Source: Cetorhinus maximus (Eukaryota). Taken from it: DNA of 64,000 nucleotides. How positions within the stretch are numbered: position 1 is the stretch's first letter; each line of letters begins with the position of its first letter. The notes under the pieces are model-generated. The model was given only the letters and a program-made list of their open reading frames with translations, ran no database searches and was not told where the DNA came from. Positions 58,372 through 64,000 of the stretch are shown one piece after another. The DNA lies in contig NC_135903.1 in assembly GCF_964194155.1 (NCBI RefSeq), forward strand, positions 1,488,001 through 1,552,000, in the 5' to 3' direction. The position numbers and the translations under genes are program-made.

Positions 58372-59743
58372 ATTTTAACTAGAATTAATTTAAAACCCAG
58401 AGAAAGAATTCTCTATGTCAAGATCTGTCTGAAATTGAACTCAGTTCGTTAAAACATATATCAAATGATTGCACAGACCCAGTGCACCAAATCTCTGTAT
58501 TACCCTGCAGCCTGACAATGAGCAGCAACAACAGCTTATCTTCCAACACAGACACCAGACTGGACACCACTCAATGACTGGATGGTGGAATCCTCTTTCA
58601 TTGGGGTTATCTATTCAATATGAATAACTGGGATGAAAAGCAAAGTTAGTTGCATTGTAAGCAACTTGTATAAAGTTTCAGTGAAATAATATTACTGATC
58701 CTGTCCCCCTGAACAGAAGAACATAAAGAATAGGAACAGGCGTAGGCCATTCTGACCCACGATCCCCTCCTTCACCATTCAGTTAGATCATGACGGATCT
58801 GATTGTGGCCTTACCTCCATTTTCCTGTCTGTCCCCCCATAACACTTGAATTCATTGTCAATCAAACATCTGTCAAACAGCTGTGAATATATTCAATGAC
58901 CCAGCCTGACACTGCTCACTGGGGAAGAAAAGTGAGAACACTGGCAACCCTCTGAGAGAAGAAATTTCTCCTCATCTTCATTTAAATGGCACAGCTCTTA
59001 TTTTTAAACTGCCACCTAGTTCCTGATTCCACCTGAGGGGGATCATCCTCTCACCAGCTACCCTGTCAATCCCCAAAGAATCTTACACATTTCAATAAGG
59101 GATCTGTATCTCCCTGTATCAGTATGGTGTGTAATATTTCTTGCCGACAGGCAGCAGTAATGTTCCCTCAGTAAATTTACTGGATGATACTGACGGACAA
59201 ACAGCTCGTGTGTTCAGGTTGATGCTGGACAGTGGGAAACATCAACAATCGTATCACAGGTTGTGGAATACATGGGCAACGCCACAGCTTATTTATTAGT
59301 TGAAATGTTAAATGGTTCTAGATCAATCGGTAATTTATATTAATTTTTAATATTTGCAAATCTCATATCAAAACACATAACAGACAACAGGTTTTAGTAA
59401 TTTTGAAGTGCACAGCAGCTTTATCTGTAAATAATCCATTTTTAAACGTGTTATTACGATAAGAAGGGAACTAATGCCTCGATCCGAACTTCATTTAAAA
59501 CAAACCGATTTGAATTTCACTCTTTTTCGCTGTTAAGTATCACTTTAATATCTTTAAAATCACTAAAAAGCGCAACACTAGAAAGCAAAGATGGGGTCAG
59601 CATTCTCCCATAATATCAGTTTATATTTCATTCGCATAAACAGATCTGGTTCCTCACGAAACTCACTTTCTTGCACTTGCTATACCTGCTGCTAGGCTGT
59701 CAGTCACTAACATTGTTCCTCCCATCTGTTCCCTCACTGGCTG

Positions 59744-59916
59744 AGTACATTCCAGAAGTCTCTGGAACGGCTCCAGTGGGTGTCACTGAGTCGAGTCATT
59801 CTTGTTTAAAGCAAGGCTGGGATGAGACGTCATTTATTTGCAGCTCACGTGTCATAAACCCAGCAAAGTTGAGTTCATTCTGGAAGTGTCTGGGTTTCTG
59901 GGAGTAGAATATATAA
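59744..59916 (+). promoter_or_regulatory. hsp30 copy 12 promoter
   Basis: HSEs + TATATAA. Confidence 0.85.
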
Positions 59917-60009
59917 GGCGTGTGTTCTGAGTGCTGCAGCAGATCAGAGACTGAAGACTGGGAGTTCACATCAGTCGGTTTGAGAGAAGTGAGAGAAGAG
60001 GCAGAGACA

Positions 60010-60669
60010 ATGCTGAGCTGTCGGGCTTTCCATCCTTCACGTCTGTGCCAGCAGCCTGTGTACACATTGTGGCCTGTTCCACACAGGGTCTGGGAGCCGC
60101 TTGAATGCAACACGTGGAAACAGGTGGAAGAAGCGAGAAAGAGCATGAACTTCATGGAGCAAGTTCTTGAGGAGCTGGCAAAAGAATTTTGGGAGGAAAA
60201 ACCAAGAAATCAGGACAAGAGACCTGATGATAATGAAGAAGGTAAAGGACAATCAGAGGACAAGGAGGGAGATGGCTTTTCTCTGTCCCTGGATGTCCAG
60301 CGATTCTCCCCAGAAGAACTGAAGGTGAAAGTACTTGGAAGAAAAGTGCTGGTGACAGGAAAACACGAGAAGAAAAGTGATGATGGCAGCGGCTCTTCCA
60401 GCTACAAATATGAAGAGTTCAGGAGAGAATTTCAGCTGCCAGAAGATGTTGATGCTGAAGCTCTTAAATGCTGTTTGTCACAGGACGGTCGGTTAAAGGT
60501 TCAAGCCCCACGCCTGGCACTGCCAGCTGTGAATGAACGAACCGTGCCCGTCAACATCACCTCGGATACAACAACCAGTCCCCGGCTAAATCCTGGCCAA
60601 GAGGCACCGAAACTGGAGAGTGGGAAGGATGAGCAAATAAATGAGAACCAAGAAAAAATGGACAATTAA
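60010..60669 (+). CDS. HSP30: hsp30/HSPB9-like copy 12 (219 aa, divergent tail DEQINENQEKMDN)
   Basis: Intact ORF with alpha-crystallin domain. Confidence 0.93.
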   Translation: MLSCRAFHPSRLCQQPVYTLWPVPHRVWEPLECNTWKQVEEARKSMNFMEQVLEELAKEFWEEKPRNQDKRPDDNEEGKGQSEDKEGDGFSLSLDVQRFSPEELKVKVLGRKVLVTGKHEKKSDDGSGSSSYKYEEFRREFQLPEDVDAEALKCCLSQDGRLKVQAPRLALPAVNERTVPVNITSDTTTSPRLNPGQEAPKLESGKDEQINENQEKMDN

Positions 60670-62540
60670 TATTCATATGCAGCAATCATTTGTAAGGTGT
60701 AAGAATGGTTTATATGTAGAAATAAGTTTCTGAGACCATGATATGAAGGAATAATGGACAAAATTAATTGTTTCCAATATTTTCTATATAGTCTGTACTG
60801 TACACTTATCAGCATTCACGTGGATTATTTTTATATATATTTATATTGGAACAATAAATACTTTCAGAAATAATGATGATGATTAAGCTTTTCTGCTTCA
60901 TAAAAACAAAGTGAAAATAAATAACTGAAAATCTAAGCACTTAATTCCTTTACACCCAGTAAAAAAAACACACTTTTAAATTGGATTAACGTAAAACACA
61001 GGGAAAGAATTTGTCATGTCAAAATTTGTCTGAAATTGAACTCAGTCCATTAAAAAATATATCAAACTATTGCACAGACCCTGTGCACCAAATCTCTGTA
61101 TTACCCTGCAGCCTGACAATGAGCAGCAACAACAGCTTATCTTCCAACACAGACACCAGACTGGACACCACTCAATTACTGGATGGTGGAACCTGCTTCA
61201 TTGGGGTTATCTCTTTGAAATTAATAATTAGGAAGGAAATGATGTTGCAAGCATAGTAACTAACTTTTATAAAGTTTCGGTTAAATAATATTGCTGATCC
61301 TGTACCTTTCAACATAAGAACATAAGGAGTAGGAGCAGGCATAGGCCAATTAGCCCCTCCAGCCTCCTTCGCTATTCAATTAGATCATGACTGATTTTAT
61401 TGTAGCTTTAACTCCATTTTCCTGTCAGTCCCCCGTAACCCGACCCCATTGTCAATCAAAAATCTGTCAAACAACCTTCAATATATTCATGACCCAGCCG
61501 CCACTGCTCACAGTGGAAGAAAATTACAAACATCATCCACCCTCTGAGAGAAGGAATTTTGTCTCATCTCCATCTTAAATGGCATACCTCTTATTTTTAA
61601 ACTGCCCCTTGTTCTTGATTTCCCCATAAGGGGCAACATCCTCTCAGCACCTACCCTGTCAAAGAATCCTACACGTTTCAATAAGGAATCTGTATCTTAC
61701 AGTATCAGTATAATGTATAATATTTCTTGCAGCGTCAGTCAGCAGTTATGTTACCTCAGGAACTTTACTGTAAACACCTCGTGTGTTTAGGTTGATGCTG
61801 GGCAGTGGGTAACATCAACAATCGTATGACAGGTTGCAGGATACATGAGCAATGCCACAGCTTATTTATTAGTTAAAAAGTTAAATGGTGTACAAATATA
61901 AAATCAGACTATGAACTTATACTAAACCTGGGTTTCATCGCAATGCTGCCAAAACGCACTTGGGAATAAAGATTTATGTTGCAGATCAGAGGAATCTCTT
62001 GTGTGCGATGGAAACTGTCATTTACCAATTTAGAAAATTGTGACGTGGGGAGCTTTGCAACAACATTACTGGTAGGCCCTTCATTTTTATGAATTTAATA
62101 TAATAGTGTAGAAAATTCAAACTTTGCTATATTTAATCTACAATATGTTGTCAATGTTGATGTTATGCATGAAGAGACCAGAGGGAAGATGAACTGTTTT
62201 CATTTGTGTTGTTTTTTGTTACTGGAATGGAAGATGTGAAATGGTAAATTCAATGGCAGCTATCAAAATGGAAAAGGATATATACCTACAAAGAAATAAT
62301 TTGCAGAGTTTTGGCGAAAGAGCAGGGGAGTTGGGAGTAATTGGATAGCACTTCCAAAGATCTGAGACAGGTGTGGTGGACCGAATGGCCTCATTTTGAG
62401 CTGAGAGATTCTAAATTAATTGGTAACTTATTATTAATTTTCTATATTTTCAAGTGTCATGTCAAAACATATAACAAACAACAGATTGTAGTAATAGTGA
62501 AGTACACAGCAGCTCTATTTGTAACTACTCCATTTTTAAA

Positions 62541-63449
62541 TGGTACAAAGATAGGTAGGACACTTACGTTGTCAAGATGACACAAGAAGGTGACAAAAGG
62601 CTATAGATGAGTTAGGTGAGTGGGCAAAGATCTGGCAAATGGAGTACAATGTGGGAAAAGGTGAGGTTGTCCATTTTGGCAGAATGAATAAAAAAGAGGC
62701 ATATTATCTAAATGGTGAGAGATTGCAGAGCTCTGAGATGCAGAGGGATCTGGGTGTCCTAGTGCATGAATCACAAAAGGCAGCTATGGAGGTGCAGCAA
62801 GAAATTAGCAAAGCTAATACAATGTTGCGAGGGGAATTGTATACAAAAATAGGGAGGTTATGCTCCTGTTATACAGAATATTGTTGAGATCACATCTGAA
62901 GTACTGTGTACACTATTGGTCTCCATGTTTAAGGAAAGATAGGCATGCATTTGAAGTGGTTCAGAGAAGGTTTACCAGATTTATACCTGGAATAGGCAGG
63001 TTTTCTTATGAGGACAGGCTAGGCTTGTACCTACTGGAGTTTCAAAGAGGAAGAGGCGACTTCATTGAAACATATAAGATCCTGAGAGGATTTGACAGGG
63101 TGGATGTGCAGAGAACGTTTCCTCTTGTGGGAGAATCTAGAACTAGGGGCCATTGTTTAAAAATAAGGGGGCGTCCATTTTAGGCAGAGGTGAGGAAATT
63201 CTTTATTCTCCCAGAGGATTGTGAGACTTTGGAATTCTCTTCTTCAAAAGATAGTTGAGGCAGACTCTTTGAGTATTTTTAAATCAGAGGTAGATAGATT
63301 CTTGATAATCAAGGGGTGAAAGGTTATCAGGGGTAGGCAGGAATGTGGAGTTGAGGTTACAATCAGATCAGCCATGATCTTATTGAATGGCGGAGCAGGC
63401 TCGAGGGGCCGAGTGGCCTACTCCTGCTCCTAATTCATATGTTCATATG
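62541..63449 (+). mobile_element. CR1 LINE 3' fragment unique to spacer 12-13
   Basis: ORF fragments WQMEYNVGK.EVVHFG and YCVHYWSP..VQRRFTR..RGDFIETYKIL; ggggccgagtggcctactcctgctcct..tatgttcatatg tail. Confidence 0.9.
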
Positions 63450-63770
63450 CAGATATATATTACCATTATCATAAGGGAAATAATGCTCCTCAATTAGACA
63501 CAATCAGAACTTCATTTGGCCTAAACTAAACTGATTTGAATTTCACTCCTTCGCACTCTGCTCAATATCACTTTAACAAGGTACAAATTACTGAAAACAG
63601 CAAAGCTAGAAAGCCAAAGACCGAGTCCTCATTCTCATAATATCTGTTCAAAGTTCATTCAGTTAAACGCATCTTATTCTCAGAATATCTCATGTGTTTA
63701 CACTTGCTCTGCCTTCTGTGAGGCTGTCAATCATTAACAATGCTCCTCCCATCTGTTCCCTCACTGGCTG

Positions 63771-64000
63771 AGTACATTCCAGAAGTCTCTGGAACGGCTC
63801 CAGTGGGTGTCACTGAGTCGAGTCATTCTTGTTTAAAGCAAGGCTGGGATGACATGTCATTTATTTGTAGCTCACGTGTCATAAACCCAGCAAAGTTGAG
63901 TTCATTCTGGAAATGTCTGGGTTTCTGGGAGTAGAATATATAAGGCGTGTGTTCTGAGTGCTGCAGCAGATCAGAGACTGAAGACTGGGAGTTCACATCA
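63771..64000 (+). promoter_or_regulatory. Promoter and 5' UTR of hsp30 copy 13 (ATG expected ~37 bp beyond the window)
   Basis: HSEs, TATATAA at 63937-63943, and 5' UTR matching the other copies. Confidence 0.88.

Larger units (their letters stand above)
19696..64000 (+). repeat. Tandem array of hsp30 gene units (3.15-4.03 kb) with a ~7.49-kb A/B higher-order repeat in the core
   Basis: ATG-to-ATG spacings 3150, 3740, 3753, 3736, 3753, 3739, 3753, 3739, 3754, 3737, 3162, ~4027. Confidence 0.97.

Noticed and set aside
19696-64000. CRISPR-like or prokaryotic repeat system
   Set aside because: Repeats are kb-scale gene units in spliceosomal-intron eukaryotic DNA, with no short repeat/unique spacer pattern

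Overview
Vertebrate genomic DNA, most likely a cartilaginous fish (inferred from the CR1, Penelope-like and SINE repeat types). 1-6.7 kb: last four coding exons and 3' UTR of RAB5C (+). 7-15 kb: repeat-rich intergenic DNA, including a 2.9-kb CR1 LINE nested in an older CR1. About 15.9-17 kb: an inverted, frameshifted hsp30/HSPB9-like pseudogene. From about 19.7 kb to the window end: a head-to-tail array of intronless, HSE/TATA-driven small heat-shock protein genes (hsp30/HSPB9-like), with 12 complete ORFs plus the promoter of a 13th. The array core is a higher-order A/B dimer of about 7.49 kb. Each of the nine ~3.75-kb units carries a Penelope-like insertion with a 12-bp TSD and an antisense hammerhead-ribozyme-like motif, while the outer units keep the empty site. 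Coordinates and difference counts were read by eye.
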